Shown here one piece after another: positions 13,091 to 25,583 of a DNA stretch of 64,000 bases. Below the pieces are notes generated by a model. It did no database searches. It saw nothing but the letters and a program-made list of their open reading frames with translations, and was not told the DNA's origin. Numbering within the stretch: the first letter of the stretch is position 1; the number at the start of each line of letters is the position of its first letter. Location: contig NMRA01000041.1 of the NCBI GenBank assembly GCA_002633005.1, forward strand, positions 168,954 to 232,953, written 5' to 3'. The DNA comes from Phoronis australis. Its lineage: Eukaryota > Animalia > Phoronida. A program made the translations under genes and the position numbers.

Positions 13091-16000
13091 CCTTGATCAA
13101 CGCCCAATGTATTCCTAGTACTTTGTACTGAACAAATGTCAACACATTTCAGATAAAGTGTTTTATGGATGACCCTTGGTCATTGGGCCTTTAATATTTG
13201 CACTGGATGTATCCCATAGTCACATATCTTGCTAGGTTCGTGGGGGTGATGGGTTCATGGAAAAGTTCACAATGTGCTTAAGAAAAAGAATTTTAAGGCA
13301 TACTGTCAATGCTTGTTGTCCTTTACTACAGACTGTCACATTCATAAAATTAAATGTAATTTGTGCAGCAATAAATTGTTCACAGATAGTCTGTTACTAT
13401 GTCTGTTAACATTGGTTCATTGAACTTACTGTGATGTCATTGCACCTGATGTGAGAAACCCTATAACATTGACAATAGATTGGCCAGTTAGCACCTGAGG
13501 GTACTTACTTAGGGTACTAGGAATGCATGGTACAGGGTATTTAGATGGGTGACTTCCCAGCCATCGAACCTGTCTTTAAGCCAGTAATTACTATAGTTAT
13601 TGTTAAAGTGCCATGTTGACCCTGCACCCCATCAAAGAATTTATCGATTTAGACCACTTGTCATCACAAAGTTCCTTATTTAGATGAGTTGGTTTGTGGG
13701 AATGGAAAGAAATGACAGTTCTCTGCTGCTCAAGACCATTCTTAGTAAAAATTATGACCAGCTGTGGCATACCATTGCCAAGTTGTTGTGCCCTCAATTC
13801 AAGGAAGGACGATCCGTCATGGTAGCCCCATCCAAACCCAGTTGTCTCTTGTAATCTATCTAAGGATTACTTCAAGATTAATTTCATTACTGTAAGTCGT
13901 GTAGCTTGAATCCGCAGATTATGATATTTTGATTGTGACACGTTTGTGTAGGGCAGGACAGAGTATTAGCTGGTCACACGTATGGAATGGTGTTCTAATG
14001 TCAGTGCCGCGCTGTCGGGTCAAAACGCCACCAATTGGCCAGAATAACGACAACGTCCCAAGCCAAGCTAAAGTCCGTGAGATGTTTTTATTCCAGTATT
14101 AGACTCAAACTTTATTTGCTTTCTCAACGGGATGTCTCAAAATTTTCATGCTTTTATCTGCTAGCATAACATAAACACATGGTCAAAGGCAAATATGTTG
14201 AGTCATTTCCTTTGCACTCATAGGAGGCAACAATTTCAGTAAACAAATAATACCTTTAACTAATTACACAACAACCACTATATACTTATAATTAATACTT
14301 CTCATACAATATTATTCTCACGTACATAGCTAACCCAACTTGTAATGTATCTATTAATCTAAATCATATCAATGCTAAATAAATAACATGTTCGTCCTAC
14401 ATAAAATCTCCCGTAACAATAGGTCAAATATGTAGCATTTACAAGGCATGTAAATGTTTACCAGACATCAGATGGGATACTTCAACTGCTTACAAAGAAC
14501 ATTCACAAATGTGTACCATCAGCCAGCTACAACTGCCACGCCTCGTTGCACAACAGTGATGTACAAACTGCAAGAATTCTAATCAATCACTTGTGATGAC
14601 AAAAAGCATCACTATAAGGTAGCCTTCTCAGTGAGAAGTCAGAACACACAGCGAATGTGAGAGGTGACCACCAGACAGGTAATGAGAAGTCCTACAGCTG
14701 TTCACATACTACTTGTTCTGGGGTCTGACCAGAAGTCATGTGAACGTTGTACACCTCGCATTGGCTTTATGATGCAACTATGAATACAATACAGTAAAAA
14801 TACAATATAACACAATTACAATACCTTAGGTGATCAAACACAAGAGGAAATGAAAGAATATTGAGCATTCTTTCGGCGGGTCAAAATGAGATAAAATAAA
14901 AACAAAATGATTTATTAAGACAAAAATAACAGCCATGTGCTCCATGTCGACCACCGTACAACCAGAGAAAACAGGAAGTGTTAATTTGTCTTATTTTGTG
15001 ATTCGATTTTTGAGACTGGTTTGTAACATTAAATCACAATACTGATCACTTGGAATTGTGTAAAACGAATGTCCTAGGGTAACAGTCCTATTACCAAACA
15101 ATGCACAATATGGCTATTGAATAAATACCAACGAGCAAAATATTACGTATTAAGAACACTACATGCCTGAACATCTGTGTATGTGTGTGACCCATGAATA
15201 CTTGTGACATTACATTATATGAATCTAAAAATATCTCAAAATACATTAAATGCCAATCCAGACTATGGTTTGCTTTAAATTACATTATGTTAAACTGTAA
15301 GCAAAGAGATGAGATTTGCCATATTTGTTCTTGATGCCCTCTGAAAGCAACGGTTGCTTGTACACAAAAGACTGTAAATAACATAACTTTGCCAGTTTGA
15401 CGAGTAATGAATACGCAAGATTAAACCACAGCCATGATTTGATTCGTGCTTTTTAATTGTGGATAAGAATCACAAGCTATGAGCCGAAAGTAATGGCGTT
15501 ATTTTCAAAGTAGCTGTACAAAAAACAAATTTTAATTTAGACCATGCCAATGTGAAACAGGTTTCACAGTTGGCTAGTCGTGACAGGTCATATTATGTGA
15601 TGAACAGAGCCTTGGAACCATAGCGGTAAGTGGTCTTTGGCGGAACATGAGTTAGTAGCCGTTTTTAGGCGTAAGACATATTGCAAGTAAAGCAGGAATG
15701 TGTGCTAGTCTCCTACACTTGGCTCAAATCATACGGTCTCCGAGACAAGGATTTCCCAAATACCAGCCTTCTAGACACCACAATTAACCATGAACGTTAA
15801 TCAATTAATATCTTCTTGATGTGCCTTCATTTGCACTTTTGTTAAATTTAATGACATACGCAAAGAAATGAAGCCTCACCTTGAATCTTACACTAGCTTT
15901 TGACCACACAGAGATCGTTAACCTCAGGGTCAGACCAGATGAAAGGGGGAAATTGGTTTACCCTTTGGTCTAAATAACAAATTGGACATCATGGTAAATC

Positions 16001-16868
16001 CATACTAACAACAAAGTTCCTTGACCATCTGAACAGAATAGCGCCTACAAATAGATTCACAATGAGAGACAAACATCTAGTCTCCCATTCCTAGACGTAC
16101 TTATAGTGACTCGTGTTGAAAAACAGTTAACAACGGCGGTCTACTATAAAGAAGACCCACACAGGACGATACCTCGACTTCGACTCCAACCACACCAAAG
16201 GAGTCAAGAAGGGTATAATCAAATGCCTTGCATCAAGATCAAAGGCAATCTGCAGTAATACAACACTCCAAGCAGACTGACCAACCTGACGGAGACATTA
16301 GAAAGAAATGGCTACCCAAGGGATTTCGTTGAGTCGGCTTAACATCGCAGAGGAAAGAAAAAGTGGCAGAAGAACGCTCACTGCAGCCTATGTGCTTACC
16401 ATATATACCCGGAATAACCGAGAAGCTAAGACGCATCATAAGGCCAGTATACCGCTGCTCAGACACACTGTGTTGGCGACGGACAAAAATCAAACCAAGA
16501 ACTGACATGGGGAAAAAGAAAAATGTCATCTACGAAATCCCATGTGAACGTGGTGAATCATGTATCGGTGAAACTTTTTAAAGTCTTAAAAGACCACCGG
16601 AGATGAGAATTGCTGAACACAAGAGGAGTTGCAGAGAGGGTAATACCTCATCAGGAGTAGCAGAGAACATGCGGTCAAAACAACTCAATATCCATTGGAA
16701 TAAGATCCGAATAATTGACAGTGAAACAGGTTGGACCAAGAGAAAGATGAGGAAGTAATGTACATGAAGGTACAAGGCCATATCTTTGGTCAGCCAAACA
16801 AACAGTCAAGTGACACCTGGCTCAATCTACTTAGGAAAGTTTAGGAATAATAAAATTCTATGTAAGTT

Positions 16869-16956
16869 GGTGACTCTGTGGTGTAGTGGTTAAGGTGCTG
16901 GACTCAAAAATGTGTGTAGTTTCAGAGGTCGTGGATTCAAATCCTTCCTCGGGCAA
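16869..16956 (+). ncRNA. tRNA-derived Pol III promoter-like segment inside the Penelope 3' region
   Basis: A box TGGTGTAGTGGTTAAG, B box GGATTCAAATCC; not a clean cloverleaf. Confidence 0.6.
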
Positions 16957-17026
16957 TATATGATAAAAAATCACACCATGACGAGTGTACCACATATCCG
17001 TGCTCGTTCTTCTGAGAACGCAGGAA

Positions 17027-17067
17027 CACCTGACGACGCCGGAGAATAGACCGACCGAAACGTCGTG
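17027..17067 (+). ncRNA. Minimal type I hammerhead ribozyme (Penelope-type), slightly degenerate
   Basis: cac-CTGACGA-[cgccgg agaataga ccgacc]-GAAACGTC-gtg: stem I cac/gtg, conserved core, palindromic ACGT stem III, GUC cleavage triplet; stem II has two mismatches. Confidence 0.75.
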
Positions 17068-17235
17068 ACAATGTCAGTAGACAAGAGGTCGGTGTAAATA
17101 GACCAAGAGACGTATAAAAATAGTTGTAATACGCCACCACCTCAGAGCAGTTGTAGAAAGTCAATCCATACTAAACCTTTATTTAATGCTTTTATGCTTT
17201 GAAGTAAAGCAGTAAGATCCTACCAACATCACACG

Positions 17236-17397
17236 TCAACTGAGTTTCATGTGATTGGAACAATTCTCTACGTCACCATTCTCGCCGTTTCTTGTCTTCG
17301 CGTTGTCGAGGCCTGTAACTCTCTGAAGTAAGGCAGGCAATATGCTTCCTGGAAGTGTCTGGTTCAACTTGATCATGTCTTCTAGCGTCCGGTGAAT
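17236..17397 (-). CDS. TMEM68: TMEM68 copy A coding exon 8 (last)
   Basis: tttcag|IHRTLEDMIKLNQTLPGSILPALLQRV...NHMKLS*; resembles the TMEM68 QRIPGNIMSALLER segment. Confidence 0.88.
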   Translation of the reverse strand: MHRTLEDMIKLNQTLPGSILPALLQRVTGLDNAKTRNGENGDVENCSNHMKLS

Positions 17398-17529
17398 CTG
17401 AAATGCACCCCGAGTTGCTTGCATAACAGTTTTGTGGTAAGTGACGTACATTTTATGTACGCACTGAAACAGACTTCACTTACATAGAACACCACAAAAC
17501 GTAATAGGCCAAACTTTGTTTTACCAACT

Positions 17530-19024
17530 CAGGGCTGTAGGAAGCGCCGGGGGCACAGCACCCCAAAAATGTAGGCGTCATGGTTAAACCGTGGCAAACG
17601 ACATAGGCGTGTGGCCGCGAACAGTCGACAAAAGACTGCGAATACGGATAAGAGAGGAAGTTCAAGAGAACATTTGACAACTCATTATCAGTGCATGGTT
17701 ACCCTTTGAGGGCCGGGCCAGGACATTGTTGTTAGGGTCTCCGTTTTTGCAGCATAGGTCGTCTGAACGCAGTTAAAAACGTGCACTTAATAATTCATGT
17801 ATGCATTTCGAAAAATCGAGAACATTTGAAATTCAATAATGCAATTTTGCTAATGCAAAACTATATTTTTCCAGAGGATCCTACGGATAACAAAGACAAC
17901 TGTGGCTCTATTTTTTTCTCGAAATTGTATATCGCTTGAGACAAATTGATGACCTGACAGATAACATCAATTGCTGCGCATTTCCTGATCTTTGGAAAAT
18001 ACAGATCTTTTCATATCTAGGGGCCCAGCCCTTGAAGGGGGCTATTGATGACATTCAAGTGGTCACCCTTTTCCTGTTTTTACTGACAAATTCTTAAGAG
18101 AGAGCTCGCAGAGAGAGGGCCCAATTTTGGCATCGATTACGTCTATTTTCCTGTTTTTTTATAAATCGAACAAGAAGGAAGGTCTTTTCCTGCACGGTCA
18201 CACAACGATAGAATGAACTGTCACTCTTTTCCAATCTTTATGATGTTTAGCCTTTCATCTTAAAGTGTCCCATTTCAGACGGGACCCTCTTTCTTTTGAA
18301 GCTTTATGCAACTCAGCCCAACAGTATTGGGCGATGAATGTTTGCTCTTCAAAATTAAATCGTTGGCTTGCCATTCCCGTGAATACCCGGTACTGGACAG
18401 ACGGAACGCGTCATGACTGACTCACCTACGTTAAAAGTATTGTGTTTCCATGCAGTAGGGCCGTTCAGAATCTGAGTGATCCACGGGAACTGAATTTGAA
18501 CTCCAAGCGTTGAAGTGTGTACATTTTGAGACGTAATCTGCTACCAGAAATTGCACTACCGGCCGTGTTTCAACAAGGAATTTTGAAACAGCCCTAATGG
18601 CAATATACCAGGGGCCTCGGGACATCACCTTTTTCAAAAAATTCCTTCAAAGAATGACCATAATAAAACGAACTTTTCCTGAAAGTGGTTCACATTGAAA
18701 GAATCTTAACCATAGAGACAGTGCAGACGGACAGGTAGAAGCTAAGCTGCCTGTCTCAACTGAATCCTAGCTGAGCTGACCAGCGACTAGCCTAGTTCCC
18801 CAATTTCGTATTTTCACACTGCTAGATCTCAGCTACTGTACAGTTAGTTGAGGTAGCTCCCTGCAGCTACTCGTCAGTGCGCTGGCCCTGGCCCATTCTT
18901 ACTCTCCGCGAAACTTAGTTGGTCCTCGGGTTACTCAAATCCTGATGGCTGCACCCTCGGGATTGCCCTCCACCTATCAGCTATGCCCCCCCCCCCCCAA
19001 TATTTTTGCCTTCCTACGGGCATG
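17530..19024. mobile_element. Non-autonomous hAT-like DNA transposon with 5-bp TSD in TMEM68-A intron 7
   Basis: TIRs CAGGGCTGTAGGAAG / CTTCCTACGGGCATG; TSD CAACT; empty site CCAACTAAGGCC at ~52511 in copy B. Confidence 0.85.
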
Positions 19025-19209
19025 CAACTAAGGCCTGGGAATCATTTCATGAAAAGTGACTTCAGACTAAAAACAGAAATTTGGTTTTACGCTCCCACTT
19101 TAGAATAGTGCAATAAAGTTGTTGGCCAAGTATTGACGAGCATAACACAGTCTAGACACAACTTTACAATGACATGAATTGCATAACTATGAAAAAAATT
19201 CAAGAAGTT

Positions 19210-19425
19210 CTCATCCAGAAAGTCAGTGAGAATCTCACCAGATTCCAGTGACAATCTAACTAATTGAGATGCCATTCAAATTAGTGAGAAAAAAGTCTCA
19301 CTCTAGTGAGAATATAGTGGTATTCCAGTTAGAATTCAGTGAGAATCTAACTAATTTGCATAGCATTCCAACTAAGTGAGAATTTGTCTTACCGAATTAA
19401 AATCTCACTAAGTGAAAATCTCATC
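19210..19425. repeat. Short array of AGTGAGAA/TTCTCACT motifs with local palindromes
   Basis: Repeated AGTGAGAA(TCT) motif in both orientations; not present in the copy B intron. Confidence 0.55.
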
Positions 19426-20146
19426 AAGTGGAACTTGCAGGCTAACTCTTTATCTCGGCGATTCTCGGGTGGCCAAATTAGTTATTAACACAACATGTGA
19501 ATATGAAGCAGGTTAAAAATGTTTTGAAGAACGAGTATTGTGGTGAAAATGATCCGCCACAAATCACCGAACGTGTCTAGTAAGTGTCGCAAAGTGGTGC
19601 TGGCGAATAACACTGCATGATGCGGGTTACGTGAGCCCGCGATCCACGTCATTTGTGCGAAGGCACATTTTCGCAGAACTTTTTGTTTTCACACTTACTT
19701 GTCAATGAATACAACTGCACTTTGTTTAGCATAGACTATGTGAAAAATAGCATTGTCGTTTTAGTTCCTGCTATACATTAGCATAGTTAGGAGCATGCAA
19801 ATACATCTTTAAGACACTTTTCTTGAAACAGACTCCTGGACGTCATTTTCCAAGCTCCAACGCCAAATCCAATCCTTTATTGAGTTACTTAACTGTTCAA
19901 TTATATAAGGAACTCAATATAAGTGTCTTTGATTGGTGCTAGGCATGCTATTTGGATAGTAACAAGATTCTGTAAGACATAAAGTAGATAGAGAGGCGAA
20001 TCCCGGACAGATACCAGACAGACATGACAGCACTTTACAACCCCACATAAAAATGGATACATGAAGTGATTGTAATGCACAAAAGTAGATTATCACAGAC
20101 GCTAAGGAAAAAACAGTTGGTTAAATGAGATTCCGGGGGAAGGTAC

Positions 20147-20210
20147 CTTATTAGCCAACAGCTCAGGTGTCAGTTGAGGGTCGTATGGAATTGGATCGCC
20201 AATTATGGTT
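20147..20210 (-). CDS. TMEM68: TMEM68 copy A coding exon 7
   Basis: TIIGDPIPYDPQLTPELLANK|gtacc. Confidence 0.92.
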
Positions 20211-21337
20211 CTGCAAGCAAAAGACAAATGTGTAATATTGCAGACATTCTATTGCATCAACTTATCAATAGTTTGCCATGTGACGTGCATTAATCCTGAC
20301 AACAAGTTATGTCTATCAACTACAGTGTTTCAATAAGGACATGAATTAACGGAACACACACCATTCTCAAGAAACAAAGAATGACAGTAGCAATATATCT
20401 CTGAATGTGTATTTTACCCACACTGAAACTTTTCATTCTTGAATTGTAGTTCAATTATTATTCTTATTTGAATAATAGGACAGTGTTTCCACAATAATTT
20501 TGCCTGTTCTCTTATGAATAGTAACTCCCATGGTTTTTAAACTCATTGCTTACGGTGCTCTTTTGCAACTTGAGAATCAGTTTTCTCCACTGAATAACAG
20601 CCGCTTCAAACAGGTTCTCAACATCCTGGACCCTCGCAAATGACTATTACCCACTTCTCCATAACAGAGTCGGTGAAAATGTGCTCAACATCACAAACAG
20701 TCCATGCTCTCAGTATCAGCAAAACCAAGGTTGTCCACATAAAACTAAATTATTGGGCTTATAAGGAAGTCAGTAAGAGATAAAATCTTGAAGATTGTTG
20801 TGAAACTTTGTTTTTTCATGTTTTTTCAAAAATATGTCAGTAGAACTATCTTAAAGTCCTATGTCACATCTACTACCAGACAATGATTCTGAAACTTGTG
20901 AGCATTCATAACAATGGTAGACTTCAAAAAAAAAGAAAAAATGTTAATTTCGGCAATTACTTTAGCGGCACGAAATAGGTGAGAGTTTAATGTAGCCACC
21001 TTCAAAATTTTAATTTGTAACCATAGTGACGAGCACAAGGCATGCTTAGATGTTGATCAGTGTTCTAGTCACCCATCTGCAAGATCTTGTAATTGAATCG
21101 AATCATTCGATCCAGGGTTTATTCTTTAGATGAGCAGGTTCTTCTCAGCTCTCCATGAAATTGCCACTTCCTCATACGACTGTGTGCGGTAATAATGAGG
21201 AAGAAAAATTTGAAACCACCTCTAGAGATCCATGGGGTGCCACAGATCTATTACTTAGGGAATTTAATTGTACTAATCCCACATTCCCGCTGCAATTGTT
21301 TTTCTTTTTTTTTTAATCCTGAATTCAATCCATTTAC

Positions 21338-21413
21338 CTCATCTTGACAGGAAATCCTCCATAAATAGGTACAACGGGAAGCCTTGTCTTCTCATATAGA
21401 CTTCTCAATAAGC
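21338..21413 (-). CDS. TMEM68: TMEM68 copy A coding exon 6
   Basis: GLLRSLYEKTRLPVVPIYGGFPVKMR. Confidence 0.92.
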
Positions 21414-21842
21414 CTGTTTATAAAAATTTGGTTTATCACATTTTTTTTTGAAAACAATATTTTATTCTTTGGTTTGCTTCAAACACAACATTTCTGAAAA
21501 GGCGATTATAACTTTCATCATATTTCTCAAATACCAGACAGTTCATTTTTATATCAAATGAGTCTGAAAATTTTGCTGACATGATACAAAATATAACCAT
21601 CAACTGAAACGTGTAGCCAGCACCATTTCAAATTTTCAGACATGATTAATCTTGCCATCTTCCTCGTTATTCGTGGTTGGTCAATATTGTCTGTTTGGTA
21701 CAAGCTAGGACCTAGAGCAAAATAATTAATTTTCACTGCCCCAAACTGGAGAACACCAAAGTACCACAGTGTCATATGACAACTAAGAACACTACACCGG
21801 CACATCTTTAATCAAGCGATTGGTCTCCAATAAATGACTTAC

Positions 21843-21906
21843 CTTTTCCAATACCAAGCGACCTGTAGCCCTCGCGGCAGTTTTGTGTGAACATGGGAAT
21901 GACTGG
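21843..21906 (-). CDS. TMEM68: TMEM68 copy A coding exon 5
   Basis: PVIPMFTQNCREGYRSLGIGK|gtaagt. Confidence 0.92.
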
Positions 21907-22139
21907 CTAAAAATGAACAGAAATTACAGACATTAAGATACAAGCCAGTCAAAAGGCAACATGGTAACTACAATGAACTAAGACTTGTTTGAACGCGCGA
22001 CTACTTTTTGTTAGACAGCTTCGCACGTAGTTTTTATACAATCTCTTATCTTCAGGCGTGCAGTAATGAAGCAAAACATCAAGAGACATAACGTACTTGT
22101 ACAAATAAGTTCAAATAATTGCTATATTTCGAGACATCA

Positions 22140-22765
22140 TGTCCTCATCTGGCAACAGATGAAATGAATTACATGGAGTTCATGTATGAATTGCCTGTCT
22201 GTGAGAAATTGCCTTTTCTCGATGTCCTTGTACATTATTCTGTCGGTGGGTTTCGTACTTCAGTTTATCAATATTGGTGCCTGTTTGCATGCTCAAAGTG
22301 ATTGCTCTGAACGCTACAAACTAGCCGTTTTGACTAATTACCTCAAGAGGGCGCAATAGATCATCTGATTGGCATGCATTTTCAACTCTGAAATCCAATG
22401 CATAAAACAAGTTCTAGTTAACAGTGGTTATTCTAAATCTTTTGTTGATAACCGCCTTAGGTCTTTCATATCTAGGATTGACTCTCATGTTGACACTGAA
22501 CCTAGTACTAGCCCCACTAAGGATGACTGTGTATCCCACTGTTCATTTCGCTTCCTCCATGTTCTTTTCACATATTGCATGATGTCTTAAACATAGCAAT
22601 TACTTGTTTGTACATTATGTCTCTTGGTGTTTTGCTTCATCACTGCACACATGAATATAAGAGATTGTATAAAGACTACAAGCGAGAATATATTAAGCTG
22701 TCCAAAAAGTACAGTTGTGCCTTGAATCAAGTTTGTGTCAGTGAAGGGCTGCTTCCGAACTTTAT
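22140..22765 (+). mobile_element. Degenerate Penelope-like element remnant in TMEM68-A intron 4
   Basis: EKLPFLDVLV..FRTSVY; FNSEIQCIKQVLVNSGY; followed by an N-terminus-like NQVCVSEGLLPNF segment. Confidence 0.75.
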
Positions 22766-22969
22766 TGAACTAAGAATGATTATGCTTATTGCACTCTGCC
22801 AATTTATGTGGCAAGCAAAGTTATCCTTTAACAGAGCAGTGAATATTATGTCCATGATTAATCACTTAAGCATTTTGGTAGCACTCGGAAATGACAAAGC
22901 ATTACATCACCTTCTCTAAACGGCTACGCACTTATTTTTTAGTTCTATGTGCAAATTGATTGACAGCAA

Positions 22970-23520
22970 ATTTTTTGCTAAGTCGAAAAGTGCTTTACTA
23001 CAAACTACTCACTGAGTTGCAAACAAAACAACCCATCTTAAGCTTTCAAAACAGCATGACTGTGTTATTGGTCCATAAACTTTTTTTCGTAATGAGGCAA
23101 TTTTCCAAAAGTCTCCAAGTCACATATTAAGGACTTTATTACACCATTGAAGATCATAACTTGGTTCAGAGGTATCAAATTCCTATCTTACACGCATTAG
23201 TATTATTTTTGACTCATTTGAAAAACCTACCACTCTAACTGTTATGGCCACTTTTTGCTAACTCAAAAACTGCTTTACTAAAAATAATACTGAATTTCAG
23301 ACAAAACAACCCATGCTTTCAAAACATGTTATTGATCCATAAACTGTTTTTTCTTTGTAATTAGGCAATTTCCAAAAAGTCTCCAAGTCACATAGCTAGG
23401 ACTTTACTGAAGATCATAGCTTGCTTCACAGGTATCAATTTCCAAAAGTCTCCAAGTCACATAGCTAGGACTTTACTGAAGATCATAGCTTGCTTCACAA
23501 GTAACAATTTCCTATCATAG
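22970..23520. repeat. Intronic tandem repeats (~68-bp unit AAAGTCTCCAAGTCACATAGCTAGGAC... and a ~270-bp duplication)
   Basis: Unit at ~23107, 23376 and 23444; two units also present in copy B (56110-56255). Confidence 0.75.
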
Positions 23521-23558
23521 TCGCACTATAATGTTTTTTATTCAATTGAAAAACCTAC

Positions 23559-23653
23559 CACTTTAGCTTTTATGGCCACTTTGGCAAACCCCAACCTACG
23601 ACCCCACTGCAAACCATAGTTTTCATCACTGAAGTAGGCCTCACGGACACCAC
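23559..23653 (-). CDS. TMEM68: TMEM68 copy A coding exon 4
   Basis: GGVREAYFSDENYGLQWGRRLGFAKVAIKAKV|gtaggt. Confidence 0.92.
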
Positions 23654-23779
23654 CTGTTGTAAGAGAGATGAACATGGTGAATCCTTCATAGAGGAGGCAA
23701 ACTGAGATACTGCCAGTCACATAGTGCAGGTGCATTTGGGGACAACATTCACTGAAATCCAACAAAAATGACATAATTT

Positions 23780-25583
23780 ACAAGAGCAATTCGCAGCGTT
23801 GAAATGCACCCACGAATGCACCGTAAACGGTGTGCTTCTAGGGTTGTTTATTTGTTTCATTAAAGTAGTCACTACACTTGGCGCAAAAACATCCAATCCA
23901 CCTGAAAACAGGAAAATGCCATCGTTTCTTTAATAGAAAGCTATTTACCAAATTTCATGAAAATCTGTCAAGGAACTTCAGAGAAACGAAGGAAAACGGA
24001 AAAAAATGAAATTGCCACTATGGGGCACAGCGTTCATTGGATCGGCCTGAAAGACGTCATCTGTTGTTAGCTTCATAACTACAATTACCAAATTTAATAA
24101 AGATCATGCAGTAAGTTAAGCAGATGCAGCTATATGGGTACAAAACAAAACAAAATTATCACTAGGAGCATGTGTGCAGCACTGAAAAAAGTGGGGGCCT
24201 ATAGCCCCCCAGCCCCCCTGTGGTGCACCGCCCATGAGGAGGTGCCACAGTAGTTGAATTCGTTATAGTTAACCACCTTTTTCACACTGAGAACATACAC
24301 ACCAATTTTCAAAGTCATCCTTAGAATGGTTTGGTTGATCGAGGGGTGGACACCAAAAACAGACTCGAAAACAGGAAAAATGGCCACTAGGAGGCGCAAA
24401 GTTGACCTCGATTCCATCCGAAAACGAGAGAATAGCATCAACTCACCAATAGATGCCTCTATTCCAAATTTTCTGAAAATCTGTTGAGGACCTTTGAAGA
24501 TACAGAGATAAACCTAAAAAACAAAAATTGCCACTAGAAGGCACACTCGTAGTCATATCCGTCCAAAAGTTGTTGTCATCCGTTGTGAACATAGTATAAA
24601 TGCACTTGCTAAATTTAGCAAAGATCCTGCAAACGGTTTAGTATATACAGCCGTGGGCGCAAAGAAAACTGCCTCTAGGAAGCGCCACAGTAGTCGAAGT
24701 AGGAAAATCATCGTCGGCTTCGTAGTAAAAACATATATGCCAATTATCACAATCATCCTTAGAGCCGTTTAGTTGATAGAGGGGTGGACGCCAACAAACA
24801 GACTAAAAATAGTAAAAGGCCACTTAGTGGCTCAAACTACGCCAGATCCATCCGAAAACGGGATGACAGCGTCATCTTACTAACAGATGTCTACACGCCA
24901 AATTTTATGACAATACGTTGGGGACCTTTGAAGACACAGAAGTAATCGTAAAAAACTGAAATTGCCACTAGGGGCACAGCAGTAGTAAGATGCGCCCGAA
25001 AGTCGTCGTCATCTATTGTCAACATCACATAAATACACTTCCCAATGGTTTAGGAGATACAGGCATGGGCGCAAAAAAAACAAAATTGCCAGTATGAGCC
25101 ACCACAGTAGACGAAATCCTCGGAAAGTCATAGACAGCCGTCCTCTTCATAGTAAATGCCAATTTTCAGAAAAATCCTTAGAGCGGTTTGGTTGATAGAG
25201 GGGTGGACGCCAAAAAACACACTCGAAAACAGCAAAAAAGGCCACTAAGTGGAGCAAACTTCGTCGAATCCATCTGAAAACGAAAGGATAGCGTCATCTC
25301 ACTAATAGATGCCTATATGCCAAATTTTATGAAAATATGTTGAGGAAGATGTACATGCAGAGGTAAGCGTAAAAAAACTAAAATTGCCACTAGGGGGCAC
25401 ACCAGTAGTCGGATTCGTCCGAAACTTCGCTCATGCCGTCCCATCTATAAAAGGAACACGTGCTAAATTTTGAAGATAGAGCAGCGAACGCCTGACGCCG
25501 GACGGTGCCGGACGGACGCCGGACGGACAGACGGACGTAGATGACAGCATAATGCGTCCACATAAAAATATGTGGGCGCATAA
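23780..25583 (+). mobile_element. Helentron-associated non-autonomous element (HINE/DINE-like) with internal tandem repeats
   Basis: Starts ACAAGAG; subTIR ATGCACCCAC (23804-13) / GTGGGCGCAT; 3' hairpin 25552-25581; (GGAC)n microsatellite 25500-25537; ~145-bp subunits in ~430-bp higher-order repeats; absent from copy B (~56518). Confidence 0.8.
24169..24236. mobile_element. 68-bp mini DNA element with 5-bp TSD nested in the HINE
   Basis: CATG...CATG termini; TSD AGGAG at 24164-24168 and 24237-24241. Confidence 0.65.

Larger units (their letters stand above)
16009..17162 (+). mobile_element. 5'-truncated Penelope-like retroelement (RT thumb + GIY-YIG remnant, structured 3' region)
   Basis: Frameshifted LPFLDVLI, THTGRYLDFDSNH, LPYIPGITEKL, NVIYEIPC..CIGET. 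12-bp TSD AATCCATACTAA at 15997-16008 and 17163-17174. Absent at the paralogous site (~52160). Confidence 0.9.

Noticed and set aside
16009-16845. Selenocysteine-recoding (Naiad-type) Penelope ORF
   Set aside because: The ORF is broken by several frameshifts; no conserved in-frame TGA or SECIS could be identified.
23370-23520. CRISPR-like repeats
   Set aside because: Head-to-tail tandem units without unique spacers, in a eukaryotic intron with no cas genes.
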